Assembly (NCBI RefSeq): GCF_032444005.1
Contig: NC_091282.1
Span: 644,800,001 to 644,864,000, forward strand
DNA length: 64,000 nucleotides
Reading direction: 5' to 3'
Origin: Ranitomeya imitator
Taxonomy: Eukaryota
A model generated the notes under the pieces. It saw only the letters and a list, made by a program, of their open reading frames with translations. It searched no databases and had not been told where the DNA came from. This document shows positions 27,270 to 39,904 of this stretch, piece after piece. Each line of letters starts with the position of its first letter. Position 1 is the first letter of the stretch. A program made the position numbers and the translations under genes.

Positions 27270-28300
27270 TCCCTGCCTAATGGGGGACCTAAAAACAGAA
27301 GGAGGGAAAACCTCTAGGTGACCAGGTGAGCTAATATGGCCAATATGTGAGAGGAAGAAAGATAAAGCTCTAGGTGAAAAAGAAATTACCCCTATGTGAG
27401 CTAATATGGCTGACAGTAGACATGAGAGTGGAAGAAAGAGAAACCTCTTGGTGACCAGGTGACACAGAAATTACCTCAATAAGAACTAATATGGCTGACA
27501 AGAGACATGAAAGAGGAAGAAAAAGAAAACTCTAGATGACCAGGTGACGCAGAAAGTACCCCAATGAGAGCTAATATGGCCGACAGGAGACTTGAGAGAG
27601 GAAGAAAGAGAAACCTGTAGGTAATGAGATTATGCCCATGTGAGCTAATATGGCCCAGTTGGAAACATGGGAGAGAAAGAAAGAGAAAATTCTAGGTGAC
27701 ACAAAAATTACCCCAATGAAAGCAAATATGGCTGGTGGGAGACATGAGGCCGGGTTCACATTAGCGTATGTGTGCGTAGCCTATACCTGCGTACCGATCC
27801 GCATGCATCTTGCGTACATATATTTAACATTGTGTACGCAAGGACATGCGTTTACATCAGTTCTCATACATTTGCGTATGCATGCATTGCTTATCGGTGT
27901 GCGACAAACGCAACATGTTGCATTTTTTAAGGCGTCAAATATGTGCAGGCTATGGGAACACATTGGAATGTTAGGACATGCATACGCATGCATTCGATAC
28001 GCATGCGTACTAAAGACTGCGCATGTCCAGGAAATTATTTCACAACCTTCACCATGCGCATAAACAACACAAATGCATTTAACCGCATGCACACGCAGTG
28101 GGTATTTTTTTGCATCATGCGTAAGATCATGCAGAGTAAAAACGCAGCGTAAGCATGCGTCTGCATACGTTGTCGCATGCGTTTGCTCATGCAGATGACA
28201 CGCAGCGCACAGGTACGCTAATGTGAACTTGGCCTGAGAGAGGAAGAAAGAGAAACCTTTAGGTGACGAGAAGATGTAGAAATTGTACCCATGTGAGCTA
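27270..28300. repeat. Degenerate ~70-80 bp tandem array interrupted by a MITE
   Basis: Recurrent gagaggaagaaagagaaacctctaggtgaccaggtgac...gagctaatatggc on both sides of 27748-28234. Confidence 0.75.
27748..28234. mobile_element. PIF/Harbinger-like MITE
   Basis: TGA TSD (27745-47, 28235-37); TIRs ggccgggttcacattagcgta / tacgctaatgtgaacttggcc. Confidence 0.85.
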
Positions 28301-30629
28301 ATATGTCTGCCTCCGGTATTTATCAGGAAACTACTTCCTGTTCCACAAACTAATGGAAGGTATATCTATTGACACTAGGACTGCTCTGAGAAAATGCATA
28401 AAGTAGAAAATGGGCAAACAGCTTTATAAAATTTACACCATAGAGGACTTTGAAGAAGATGGAGTCCCCTAAGCACAACTGTTGAACTGTTAGAGATTTC
28501 CGTGACGATGACTCTCAGGCATGATTCAAACCCAACCACTCCATTATCGGGAGGACTTCCCCTTCTTAAAAGAGGAATACAAAATGGCCAAAGGCAATCT
28601 AAATAGTCATGCAAAACCGTTAAGTTGTTGCTGGCAGAAAATGAAAGCACAAAAGGATAGGAAAGGTATCCCTTCCAGTATTTCTTACACGGCTTCTTAA
28701 GCTTTTGTGTTTTATTCTTTTATCTCTACTCTACAATCTCGCCCTGAACTGCCGTAGGATGTTCTCGTATTTCAAAAGCACTTGCAGCCCCTTCCCTTCT
28801 CTCCTCTACCTTTCATACTCAATTCCTATGAATAACACCAGCTCTACATTATTTTTTAAATCCTTTTTCACATTTTTAGTACCCAAGTTTTTTTTCTGAA
28901 ATAACCATATAACACATATATCTATAATCTTAAAGGTGTTTCCCCTTCCACCCTCAGTAGAGATGGCCATGTTATGATCTAAACGTTAAAGTGTAACTCC
29001 AATCTAAAAAAAGTTTTACATTTTAGGTAGACCCTCCAATCTCTTAAATTATACAGGGATCAAAGTCAACTAACGTCTTAGCGGTAATTCGTTGAGTTGT
29101 GGATTTGAACAATCAGATCATCAACCTGCCCGATCAAACAGGGAGATAAGTGGAAAGCTAAATGGCTGTCTTCCCTAAACTGAGCACTCGTGTGTTTTCA
29201 TTGGGAAGGGAGGAGAAAGATGCTGACAGACTCCTCCCGTAGCATAGTACCTCCCTTGGATAAAAAGATCAGCTGCGTAAATTCCAACTGTCCAATACTT
29301 ATCTTCCCTATCCTTCGAGACTTGGGAGGCACCCAGATGGTTGACTGACTTTCAACTAATTTGTATGGAAGCCTTAAAAAAGACCTACTACCAGGTATAA
29401 AGTGGTAATAAAATAAGTTTTTGTCCCATAAATATTCCTTTTTTGTTTTAATGCATATTATTCCAGATATATGAGCCTTTTTAAGTAGTGCTGATTTTGA
29501 CAGTCTTTACTAAGGGGGAGGTGCTTTCAGGATAATTTTGTACAGACACGCCCCCAAGGATCCTGTGAGCTATGCTCTCTTAGAGTCGGAGGTCTCAAAA
29601 TTAGCCACATCAAATTAAGTCTGATTGAAAAAGGTAGTAATCAACCGTAGGAAGACTAATTGTTACCGAGTTTTCAAATAAAACAGATGTATGTAACAAC
29701 TGACTTGTCCAACCTGGGACTTATGGATTACGTTGGCCATTAGTCTGGTAATGTAATCACCAGGGTTGAATTTAATTCTTTGCAGGTAGCCAACGGGTTA
29801 CACTGGATGATTGGTGGAAACGATTGGCCAGGCCGTGCAGAAAGTGGTTCTCTTTACAACTGGCACAGTTAATAATCATAATTTCTGAATAAAAAGCTGC
29901 CGTGCCATCTGGTCTGAGGATGTAGGTTTTATGTTCCTCTTCGCTCCCGGGCTTTACAACGTTTTCAGGACCATGAGTATTCACAACTGTTTGCCGTGTA
30001 GTATTTTGGTTTTACTATTATGTTTGGGGAAGTGAAGCAAGAAAAAACAGGCTCCCCAGACACTGACTTGTTTTATCCCCTGACCATTCTTGGCTTCTTC
30101 GTTGGCTGCCAACTTCTGATTATCATCACTACTGGCTCGTGCTACAGTGCTGTAAAGCTGTGGCGAAGCTGCATGCAGGGGCAAATCCTTGGCCAACATT
30201 CCTGCTTTAGTCTTGACCATCATCCAAGGAAATGCCTCATAGTCAGTAAAGCCATCTGTGCCACCTCGTGAGACCCTAGTGATCGTCATAGGCGGTTATG
30301 GCACATTTTATTAAAGTGGGCAACCAGAAGACCATTCATTATTTAGAATAAATAATAGTTCTTCCCCGAACTGAGCTGTTTCTGTCCTTTGGCACACACC
30401 TTTATTGGTGGAAATATGAGAGCACCATCTGAGAACTCAACTAGTATAGCTACAGAGTGAAGATGCGTTCCAGAAAAGGCCGGACCCGAGGGCCTGAGTT
30501 TTTAAGGAATGTTCTGGAGCAGATCTGCTTCAAAGTATTCCCCAAAATATGCTTTGAAAACTCTTCCAATTAATTTCTATGGGAAATTTACTTTCCTGTT
30601 CGTTCATATGAGGAGTTTTTTGAGCCTAA

Positions 30630-31615
30630 GACTATGTTCACTTTGAGTCTTTTGAGATGGTCAAGAATGAGTGAAACTGCTTCAGGAAACGTTTCTTCTT
30701 ATTGGCTATGTGCACACGACAACTTTTTCAATCACATTCCTCTCCAAAAACTGCCTGAAAAAGCTTTTAAAAAATAAAAGTAACAATCAAAGGGATGAAC
30801 ATAAGCATTTATGTATAAAAAATAACTTGTTGTTTAGTCTTTTAAGCATCTTTTTACCGTCAAGATGCCAAGCGGTTAAAAGAAATGAATGAGCTATTCT
30901 TCAAGCGCTTTCTGCTTTGAAGACCCTATATATATTTACAAAACAAGTCAATGTAAAAGATCAAAAGATGCTTTGGGCATTTTTTTGAGCGTTTTGCTAC
31001 AAATCCCACTTGCAAATTCTTTAATATTTAGTGGCAACTGAAAAAACAAAAACACAGGAAAACACTATCAAAAATAAGTCCCAAAAACTATGTGAAAAAG
31101 CTGAAAAAAGTGGCCAAAAAATGTTGAAAAAGCACTCAAGAAACAACAACAAAAACGATACAAAAGATGCCAATGTTTCCTGAATCGCGTTCTCTTGAAA
31201 AACTTGGTAGTATTGTCCACCTGAAAAGACATCATGTCTAAATAATATCCTGAGTTTTTGGAGGAGTTTTTCTTTTACTGAAGTAGTTTTGAACAGTGGT
31301 TTTTCTAAGCCTTTTGAATTGCCAGTCTCTAGTTTGGAGCGGATTCCATCTGGATCATGCACTTTTTATTTTCCACTTCTTCAACAAAAGAAAACTAAAA
31401 AAACTATGCATAAAATTCACTTTGAAGTGAATCTTGATGGAATCCAGTCCAATCTTTGCAGCTGCAAAAGAACACCTGTTGAAGAAAAATTCTTTCAAAA
31501 CCACTTAGGGAAATGAAACACTCTTTCAAAAACTCCCCCCAAAAAATATCGTTTCCTGAAGCTTTTTCCATTTTGAAAAATGTGTCGATTTGAAAAAACT
31601 CAGTGTGAACATAGC
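30630..31615. mobile_element. Degenerate, probably nested Harbinger-like MITEs
   Basis: taa-gactatgttcact, internal ggctatgtgcacac, right end agtgtgaacatagc; A/T-run-rich interior. Confidence 0.5.
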
Positions 31616-32559
31616 AGAATGAAGACTTTTATACAAAAGTAACGCTAATAGTTTTGCAGCACTCCTCAAAGGATCTGCATGGGGCAGATCACGACGCTCG
31701 AGGCAGGTGACAAGTAATGATTTTTTGCAAGCTTTTTGTAATAAGATTATAAAATATCAGACAGTTTTGTGAGGACGCAGAGGGAGCTAAGATTTTCCCC
31801 ATATGTTTGGGTTGCTTTATTTTGAGAGTACGGCTTGAAACCATCTGTGATATCCAAAGAAGTTGGAGAGAACCGATCAAAAAGTTAATCACATGATGAA
31901 GTCATATGGTCTTGTGTGACATCACTTCAGTCATACTCTTTTCTTAAGAAACATAGGGAAAATTTATTTACATAACCATGGGCGAGTCATCTGATATGCC
32001 CAGGTTTGCCTGGTGGCAATGCCCGTCATGGTCATATTGCTTCTCACAAAACTTTTCTTGTTTGGGATTTTGCCAATATGGCCATAGCATCCATAGGTCC
32101 TACTTTAAAAGAAAAAGCCTCACAAAAATACAACAAAACACAGAGTGAATCTGGAGGAGAGCAAGAAATGTAATAAAGGTGGGTGGACATATTGAATTAG
32201 GTAGACACGCCAAATTGCGTTTGTTCTCTGAGATGTGGGGGGGTCTCACCGATGATGCGATTACAGCATGAAAACAAATCATAGGTCAACATTAAGGTCT
32301 AGAAATCAAACTTCCCCGTCCCATCAAGCTGCTCTGAAATTCCCTGGAGATCTGAACTGTGCACCTTTAACTTTGTTTCCTACAAGATAAGCATGGCGAA
32401 AATACAAATCCATTGGATGAAGTTATGAATTGATGAGGGTGGATTTAGTAGTTTTGCTATGTTCCCATCCGATTACAGATATCTGGGTATCTGTAATAAT
32501 CTCCTAAGCTAATTAGTTATAGAAAATGTGGTGAAAATTTATGTCAATTTTGGCCACTT

Positions 32560-32800
32560 TTTATCCATCTCATAATCATGTTTGCCTTTACAGCAGCTAC
32601 CTGGCATTGGTTGCTCCGGTAAAGTATATTATCCGCTAATATCTCCCAAAATAATTTTTTGTAGTAAAAAAAAAAATTGCTAGGTAATAATCGTAATTCA
32701 CCTTGATCCATAGATAAGTTGACGTATATGTTGTACTCAAAGAGTGTTGCCAAGATGAAGTTGACTGAGCTCAAAGCCTTTGAAAAACTAGAGCTACTAT
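32560..32800 (-). mobile_element. CR1-like LINE RT remnant
   Basis: Translation SNQCQVAAVKANMIMRWIK resembles the CR1 ORF2 motif QCxAAAxKANxILGCI; heavily decayed. Confidence 0.55.
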
Positions 32801-33044
32801 TCTAAGTTTAAGGTGTAGTTATTTATAGAATGTTAAAACTATATTTTCCTCATGGCCATCTCCAGGTACATTACAGAGTTTTGTTAGCCTTGGTGGCAGC
32901 TGCCTGGCATTGGTTAATGCAATTCAGTTTGCCACTTTTTGAAAAGTTACAGAGATGTATAGAAAATAAAAACTATTATGTACCCCTGGAATCCCTGGCC
33001 ACTCCAACAATGTTTGTCGGTACAGGAAGAGATGCTGCCCTAAC

Positions 33045-33298
33045 TAGAGATGAGCCATTAAATAGGGAGATCGCTGGTCCACTGGCCACATCCGGGATCA
33101 CCACCCTTACCTCTTTTGATTATATGGTCATCGAGTGATGTCACCGTTGTGGCATGACACGCACATGACTTTGTTCCAGGCTAGCTATCCAAATTAGGAG
33201 CCACGGAGACTGGCAAGGAGGAGGCTCCCAATTCGTGCCCATGGAGTTCTCATGTGGCTGCTGGACCAGTGTCTTGCAAATCGATTTGCTCATCTCTA
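33045..33298. mobile_element. hAT-like MITE
   Basis: TIRs tagagatgagc / gctcatctcta; flanks gccctaac / atctcaac may be a decayed 8-bp TSD. Confidence 0.65.
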
Positions 33299-33589
33299 AT
33301 CTCAACCAACAGTCAAGGACCTCAGCAATCAGGAGACTGATGGTCAGGACATCATCCCTATCCTATGTACCATTTTCAAAAGTAGTGGACAACAAATGAG
33401 TTTATAGTTGGAGATGAAAAAAAATCGATCTGCCCTAGTGCTGCACACCCAGTTCCGTCTTTGAGGGAGCCAGATCAGGGCAGTATTCACTTGTGTGCCG
33501 GCAATTCTCTGTCCAGCATAATGGATACTTCTTCCAGGAACGTCATGACATTGTGGTGCAACACACGTTATGATGTTGCGTGAGGTTCA

Positions 33590-34172
33590 GTGACCTAGGG
33601 CCTAGAAAGAAGTGTCATTGACAGAGAATGAACACTGCCATGATAGCCCATATAGGGCAGAGTAAAAGGAAGCTTAGGATCCTGAACAGAGGATGAATGC
33701 TGCCGTAGTCGATCATCTAGGACCTAATAAGAGGAAGCCCATGATCCCAGAGGATGAACACAATCATAGTCGAACATCTAGGACCTAGTAAGAAGAATCC
33801 TGTGATTTCAGACAAAGGATGAACACCATCATAATTGAACTTCTAGGACCTAGTAAGAGGAAGCCCAGTATCCCAGATAGAAAGTGAATACTGCCTTGGT
33901 CAACCACCTAGGACCCCAGTAAGAAGAAGCCCATGATCCCAGACAGATGATGAACGCCACCATGGTCAACCAACTAGTACCTAGTAAGAGGTGCTCAGTA
34001 TCCCTGACAGAGGAGGAACACTGCTATTGTCGACCAACTATGGCCTAGTAAGCGTAAGAGGAATCCCAGGATCCAGGACAGAGCAGGAACACTTGCCATG
34101 GTCGACCATCTAAAACCTAATAGGAGGAAGCCCAAAACCCAAGACAGAGGATTGTGGGTGAGTGAATACTGC
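33590..34172. repeat. Degenerate ~60-bp tandem array
   Basis: Recurrent gatcccagaggatgaacac...catggtcgaccatctaggacctagtaagaggaagccc. Confidence 0.75.
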
Positions 34173-35825
34173 TCTAATCCACTATTCTGCAACATCGATA
34201 TTGAAGGTTGAGCAGACTAATTTTAGAGTATCCGAAAATGATGTGAGGAGGCAGTTTAAGTCACTTAACATTGGTAAAGCTGCAGGACCTGATGGACTCA
34301 GCTCACGTGTCCTTAAAGTTTGTGCAGACCAGCTGTGTACTGTCTTTACATGCCTATTTAATGGAAGTCTACAAACACAGAGGGTACCAGTGTTATGGAA
34401 AACTTCCTGTCTGGTGCCGGTACCCAAGACGACTTCTCCTGCAACCCTAAATGACTATCGTCCTGTAGCCTTAACATCTCACGCTATGAAGGCCTTGGAA
34501 AGATTAGTGCTTGCTCACTTAAGACTGAGGGTCAATGCTTTTATCGATCCCCTTCAGTTTGCCTACCGACATAGATTGGGGGTGGATGATGCTATCCTTT
34601 CTCTGTTACATAGGGTACATTCATTTCTGGAGACTGACGGAACCACGGTGCGAGCGATGTTCTTCGATTTCTCGAGTGCATTTAACTCCCTGCAGCCACT
34701 TTTACTACACAAAAAGATGACTGATATGAAGGTTGAGGAGGGGATGAGAAATTGGATAACTGACTACCTATCAGATCGGCCACAGTTTGTACAGATGGGA
34801 GCAGTGGTGTCAAGCAGATTACTGAGCAGTGTTGGTGCCCCCCAGGGAACGGTGCTTGCGCCCTTTCTATTCACACTGTATACTTCAGACTTTCAGTATA
34901 AATCTGAACTTTGCCACCTTCAAAAATTTTCGGATAACTCTGTGGTTGTGGGATGCATTAGGGGAGATCAGGGGGATGAGGAATATAGAAGGGTGGTGTC
35001 GAATTTCGTGGATTGGTGCAATGGTAACTATCTACAACTAAATGTTAAGAAAACCAAGGAGTTGGTGGCCAACTATAGCAGGATAAAGATGGAATGCTTA
35101 CCGATCACTATTGCTGGTCAGGAGGTAGAGCAGGTGGAGAGTTACAAATATTTGGGGGTCCATTTGGATAGCAAACTGGACTGGAGATGCCACTCAGAGT
35201 TTGTCTACAAGAAGGGGATGAGCAGACTGTATTTCCTAAGGAAACTGAGGTCTTTTAATGTGTGCAGCAAAATGTTAGAAATGTTCTACCAATCTGTAGT
35301 GGCAAGTGCCATCTTTTTTGCAATGACGTGCTGGGGTAGTAGTGTGTGGGCCTCTGATGCTAATAAGCTGAATAAGATTATTAAGAAGGCAAGTTCTGCT
35401 GTCGGCTGTAATCTGGACTCTTTTGGGGAGGTAGTGGAGAAAAGAACTCTGAAAAAGTGTATGGCAATTATGAACAATAATGCACATCCACTATATGAGC
35501 TATTCATGAGACAGAAGAGCACCTTCAGTAACCGGCTAATACTTCTGAGGTGTAAGAAGGAAAAATATAGGAAATCGTTTGTGCCAACTGCCATGGGAAT
35601 GTACAACAATAACATTAGGGTTAAACCACCAAGGTGAATGTCTACTTATTTCTCTACATTTCAGTTCACTTGTTGTGTATGTCCTATTCTAATGTATAAT
35701 GTTCTTCTGTCAACAAACTGTCATGTCAACTATGTAATTCCTTTATTATTTTTATGATTTAAGTCTTGCTGCTGTGATACCATAATTTCCCACGGGATCA
35801 ATAAAGTGTATCGTATCGTATCGTA
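34173..35825 (+). mobile_element. 5'-truncated Rex1/Babar-type LINE
   Basis: RT ORF, 3' UTR ending tttcccacgggatcAATAAAgtg(TATCG)3; splits a host repeat unit at actgc|catgg with a short ctgc duplication. Confidence 0.85.
34174..35637 (+). pseudogene. Non-LTR reverse transcriptase (ORF2 3' part), open frame but no endonuclease domain or true start
   Basis: KAAGPDG, LVPVPK, NDYRPVALTS, DPLQFAYR, FFDFSSAFN, GAPQGTVLAPFLFTLYT, QKFSDN (expected SDD), YKYLGVHLD. Confidence 0.9.
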
Positions 35826-35924
35826 CCTGCCATGGAGGGCCAAATTGGATGCCGAACCTAAGTAATTTTATTGTTTTTGCTCATCTAAAGTAATCATTAA
35901 TAAATCTTAACTTTATTCCAAGAT

Positions 35925-36800
35925 CTCCCATAACCCTCGGAACAGCCCAGCCAAACCCAACCGGACCAGAACACCAATCACAACAACCTGACAAAAGCCG
36001 GAATCAGGAAGATGGCAGACGAAGGCCAGGAGAGGTATGTCAGTGACTGGAAGAATGATATCATCAGCTCACAGAAACTGACCATGTACCGGAGCCTACA
36101 GAGAGACTACAGACTGGCCCCATATCTGGAGAAACTCCCGGACCCCAGAGACCGCCAGATCCTGAGCCGATATAGACTCAGTGCCCACAGTCTGGCCATC
36201 GAATGTGGCAGACACAGGCAGAGCTACAAGCCCAGGGAGGAAAGACTGTGCCAACACTGTGACCAGGAGGCCATAGAGGACGAAACCCACTTCCTGCTAC
36301 ACTGCTCCAAATACTCAGCAGTGAGGGACACTCACTTCAGGAGACTCTCACATCTCTTCCCAGACTTCATCACCATGAAGGAGGAAGAGAAAACATATAT
36401 CCTGCTGGGGGAAGAAGAGAGAGCAGTGGAGATAGCAGCGCGGTATGTGAGCGAATGTCATAGACTGCGAGAAAGAGAACTATGATGCCATGGACTATAG
36501 CCCCCACAATGGATCTGCCCCATCCACCTCCCCTATGCCATGGACTATAGCCCCCACCCTGGATCTGCCCCATCCACCTCCCCTATGCCATGGACTATAG
36601 CCCCCACAATGGATCTGCCCCATCCACCTCCCCTATGCCATGGACTATAGCCCCCACAATGGATCTGCCCCCATCCACCTTCCCTACAGCTCCTACCCAA
36701 CATCCCCACAGTCCCTATCCCTATTGCCTTTATACACTTGCTTTGGCAAAACTGATGTGTATCTGGTCCTGCCAATAAAGCTTCTTTGAATCTTGAATAT
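35925..36800 (+). mobile_element. 3' fragment of a second LINE (RTE-X/L2-CR1-like ORF2 C-terminus with CCHC finger)
   Basis: ORF 36012-36485 with YRLSAHSLAIECGRH...ERLCQHC...EDETHFLLHC; 3' UTR with 50-bp repeat x4; AATAAA followed by a ttgaa-like tail. Clade assignment tentative. Confidence 0.75.
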
Positions 36801-36884
36801 CAATCCATATATATGGTGCTGGTGGCGTTGCAAGCCAGTGGCAGCCATTGCGTCGGGATGGTGTCTGACAATCACTATCTCTAA

Positions 36885-37470
36885 GGGTATGTTCCCACGG
36901 TCAGTCTTAGGCCGGGATCACACACAGCGAGATACGTCCGAGTCTCGCAGGTTAAAAACAAGCTCTGGCACTGGCACTCCGGATCGGAGCGTGCGGACGC
37001 ACAGCAATACATGGAGCTGCACGCTCCTCTCCGGAGTACCTGTGCCAGAGCTTGTTTTTAACGTGCGAGACTTGGCCGTATCTCGCTGTAGTGTGACTCC
37101 GGCCTTAGGCAGCGCTTTGGACACAGCACATGTCTACTCCATCCACAGCGCAGCCGGCTGTTCGGCACAGGTGATTCCGCATGTGTTCATTGAACCATGC
37201 AGAATCACCATGTCCAATACATTGCACTGGTGATATTTATCTTGTGGAGACTGAGCGTCTCCGCAAGATAAAAAGAAATGCTAGGGTCTGGAAAGACACA
37301 CCGAATGTGCGTATACGCAGGGAAGCCGGAGGCGTCCTTGCACGCATAGTGGAGATGGGATTTCTTGAAATACCATCCACTATATTTTAATAGCTGGCCG
37401 CTGCGGGTTGGACGCTGCGGATGTACGCAGCGTCCAACCCGTAGCGTTTACTGACCGTGGGAACATACCC
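36885..37470. mobile_element. PIF/Harbinger-like MITE
   Basis: TAA TSD; perfect TIRs gggtatgttcccacggtcag / ctgaccgtgggaacataccc. Confidence 0.9.
36910..37104. mobile_element. Small palindromic Harbinger-like MITE nested in 36885-37470
   Basis: TTA TSD (36907-09, 37105-07); ggccgggatcacac / gtgtgactccggcc. Confidence 0.9.
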
Positions 37471-38274
37471 TAAGTACTTACTCCTGGAGGTTACCAGACA
37501 TTTAATTTTCTCCAATTTCTGGTTTGTTTTCCTCCTCTGTTCTATTTTCTACACTATTCGCAAAGCTCCCTTGAGGCCCTGGGATGACCATCTGAGCTTT
37601 AGTGAATAGAAGCTGCTTGAAAAAAAAAAACAAAAAGAAAACTTTTTTTTAACTTAAAAATGGAACTCATTAAAGTTTGCTCACTCTTGGTGGTGATTTG
37701 AGACTCATTTTCGAGCAAGTATATTACATGGGCTTCTCTTTGACGTTTCAGTAGAAAGATTGCCGGGACCGGGAAGGAAAAAAAAAAACCATAATGCCAC
37801 AAATTTACTAAGCGGCGTTGCATGGTAAGACAGCTACTCAGAGGATAGATTCCAGGCTTTAACAGCTGGTGAGCTCTGCAGTAAATAACTCATCCGTTAC
37901 GGCTTTTTTCTTTTTTTTTTTTTCATTTCTTACTTGGCTTCCTACCGTATTTAATTTTGATAGTCTTTTTAAGGCAATGGTTATTTGCTGATATTTGTTT
38001 ATATTTTCCCCAAAACGAAAAAAATGTTTCAAATGTAAATATTTTGAAAAATGTAAAGAAACATATTCTTTTGAGGTAGTCACCGGGGATGGAGGCAGGA
38101 TTTCTAAGATGTCAAATTTCTTATTTTATGGCTTGAAATTACAGTTAAGATGCTTAAAAGCTAAAATTTCTGCACATAACAATAGAGAAGAAAATCAAAA
38201 TGAAAAAAGAGGGTGCTTATTTTCTTTTATGGAGATACCCTTTAACTCCTTTGTGACCATATAATTGAAATATA

Positions 38275-39904
38275 CAGTACAGACCAAAAGTTTGGACACA
38301 CCTTCTTAATCAAAGATTTTTCTGTATTTTCATGACTATGAAAATTGTACATTCACACTGAAGGCATCAAAACTATGAATTAACACATGTGGAATTATAT
38401 ACTTAACAAAAAAGTGTGAAACAACTGAAATTATGTCTTATATTCTAGGTTCTTCAAAGTAGCCACCTTTTGCTTTGATGACTGCTTTGCACACTCTTGG
38501 CATTCTCTTGCTGAGCTTCAAGAGGTAGTCACCGGGAATAGTCTTCCAACAGTCTTGAAGGAGTTACCAGAGATGCTTAGCACTTGTTGGCCCTTTTGCC
38601 TTCACTCTGCGGTCCAGCTCACCCCAAACCACCTCGATTTGGTTTAGGTCTGGTGACTGTGGAGGCCAGGTCATCTGGCGTAGCACCCCATCACTCTCCT
38701 TCTGGGTCAAATAGCCCTTACACAGCCTGGAGGTGTGTTTGAGGTCACTGGCCTGTTGAAAAATAAATGATGGTCCAACTAAACACAAACTGGATGGAAT
38801 AGCATGCCGCTGCAAGATGCTGTGATAGCGATGCTGGTTCAGTATGCCTTCAATTTTGAATAAATTCCCAACACTGTCACCAGAAAAGCACCCCCACACC
38901 ATCACACCTCCTCCTCCATGCTTCATGGTGAGAACCAGGCATGTAGAGTCCATTCGTTCACCTTTTCTGCGTCGCACAAAGACACGGTCGTTGGAACCAA
39001 AGATCTCAAATTTGGATTAATCAGACCAAAGCACAGATTTCCACTGGTCTAATGTCCATTCCTTGTGTTCTTTAGCCCAAACAAGTCTCTTCTGCTCATT
39101 GCCTATCCTTAGCAGTGGTTTCCTAGCAGCTATTTTATCATGAAGGCCTGCTGCACAAAGTCTCCTCTTAACAGTTGTTGTAGAGATGTGTCTGCTGCTA
39201 GAACTCTGTGTGGCATTGACCTGGTCTCTAATCTGAGCTGCTGTTAACCTGCGATTTCTGAGGCTGGTGCCTCGGATAAACTTATCCTCAGAAGCAGAGG
39301 TGACTCTTGGTCTTCCTTTCCTGGGTCGGTTCTCATGTGAGCCAGTTTCTTTGTAGCGCTTGATGGTTTTTGTCACTGCACTTGGGGACAGTTTCAAAGT
39401 CTTCCCAATTTTTCGGACTGACTGACCTTCATTTCTTAAAGTAACGATGGCCACTCGTTTTTCTTTACTTAGCTGCTTTTTTCTTGCCATGATACAAATT
39501 CTAACAGTCTATTCAGTAGGACTATCAGCTGTGTATCCAGCCGACACCTGCACAACACAACTGATGGTCCCAACCCCATTTATAAGGCAATAAATCACAC
39601 TTATTAAACCTGACAGTGCACACCTGTGAAGTGAAAACCATTTCCGGTGACTACCTCTTGAAGCTCATTAAGAGAATGCCAAGAGTGTGCAAAGCAGTTA
39701 TCAAAGCAAAAGGTGGCTACTTTGAAGAACCTAGAATATAAGACATATTTTCATTTGTTTCACACTTTTTTGTTAAGTATATAATTCCACATGTGTTAAT
39801 TCACAGTTTTGATGCCTTCAGTGTGAATGTACAATTTTCATAGTCATGAAAATACAGAAAAATCTTTGAGTGAGAAGGTGTGCCCAAACTTTTCGTCTGT
39901 ACTG
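38275..39904 (-). mobile_element. Full-length Tc1/mariner transposon with long TIRs
   Basis: TA-CAGTACAGACCAAAAG ... GTCTGTACTG-TA; ~260-bp TIRs that include the transposase 3' end. Confidence 0.97.
38438..39490 (-). pseudogene. Tc1 transposase, colinear 350-codon frame with two nonsense codons
   Basis: MARKKQLSKEKR...RKGRPR...VLWSD*SKFEI...FQQASD...SPDLNQIE...LW*LLQ; TAA at 39017-19 and 38564-66 where Glu is expected. Confidence 0.93.

Noticed and set aside
29981-30289. 102-aa minus-strand ORF in unique sequence
   Set aside because: No recognisable motif and no convincing splice boundaries
34162-34173. GTG start of the 491-aa RT ORF
   Set aside because: Lies in the flanking minisatellite upstream of the truncation junction; not a genuine start
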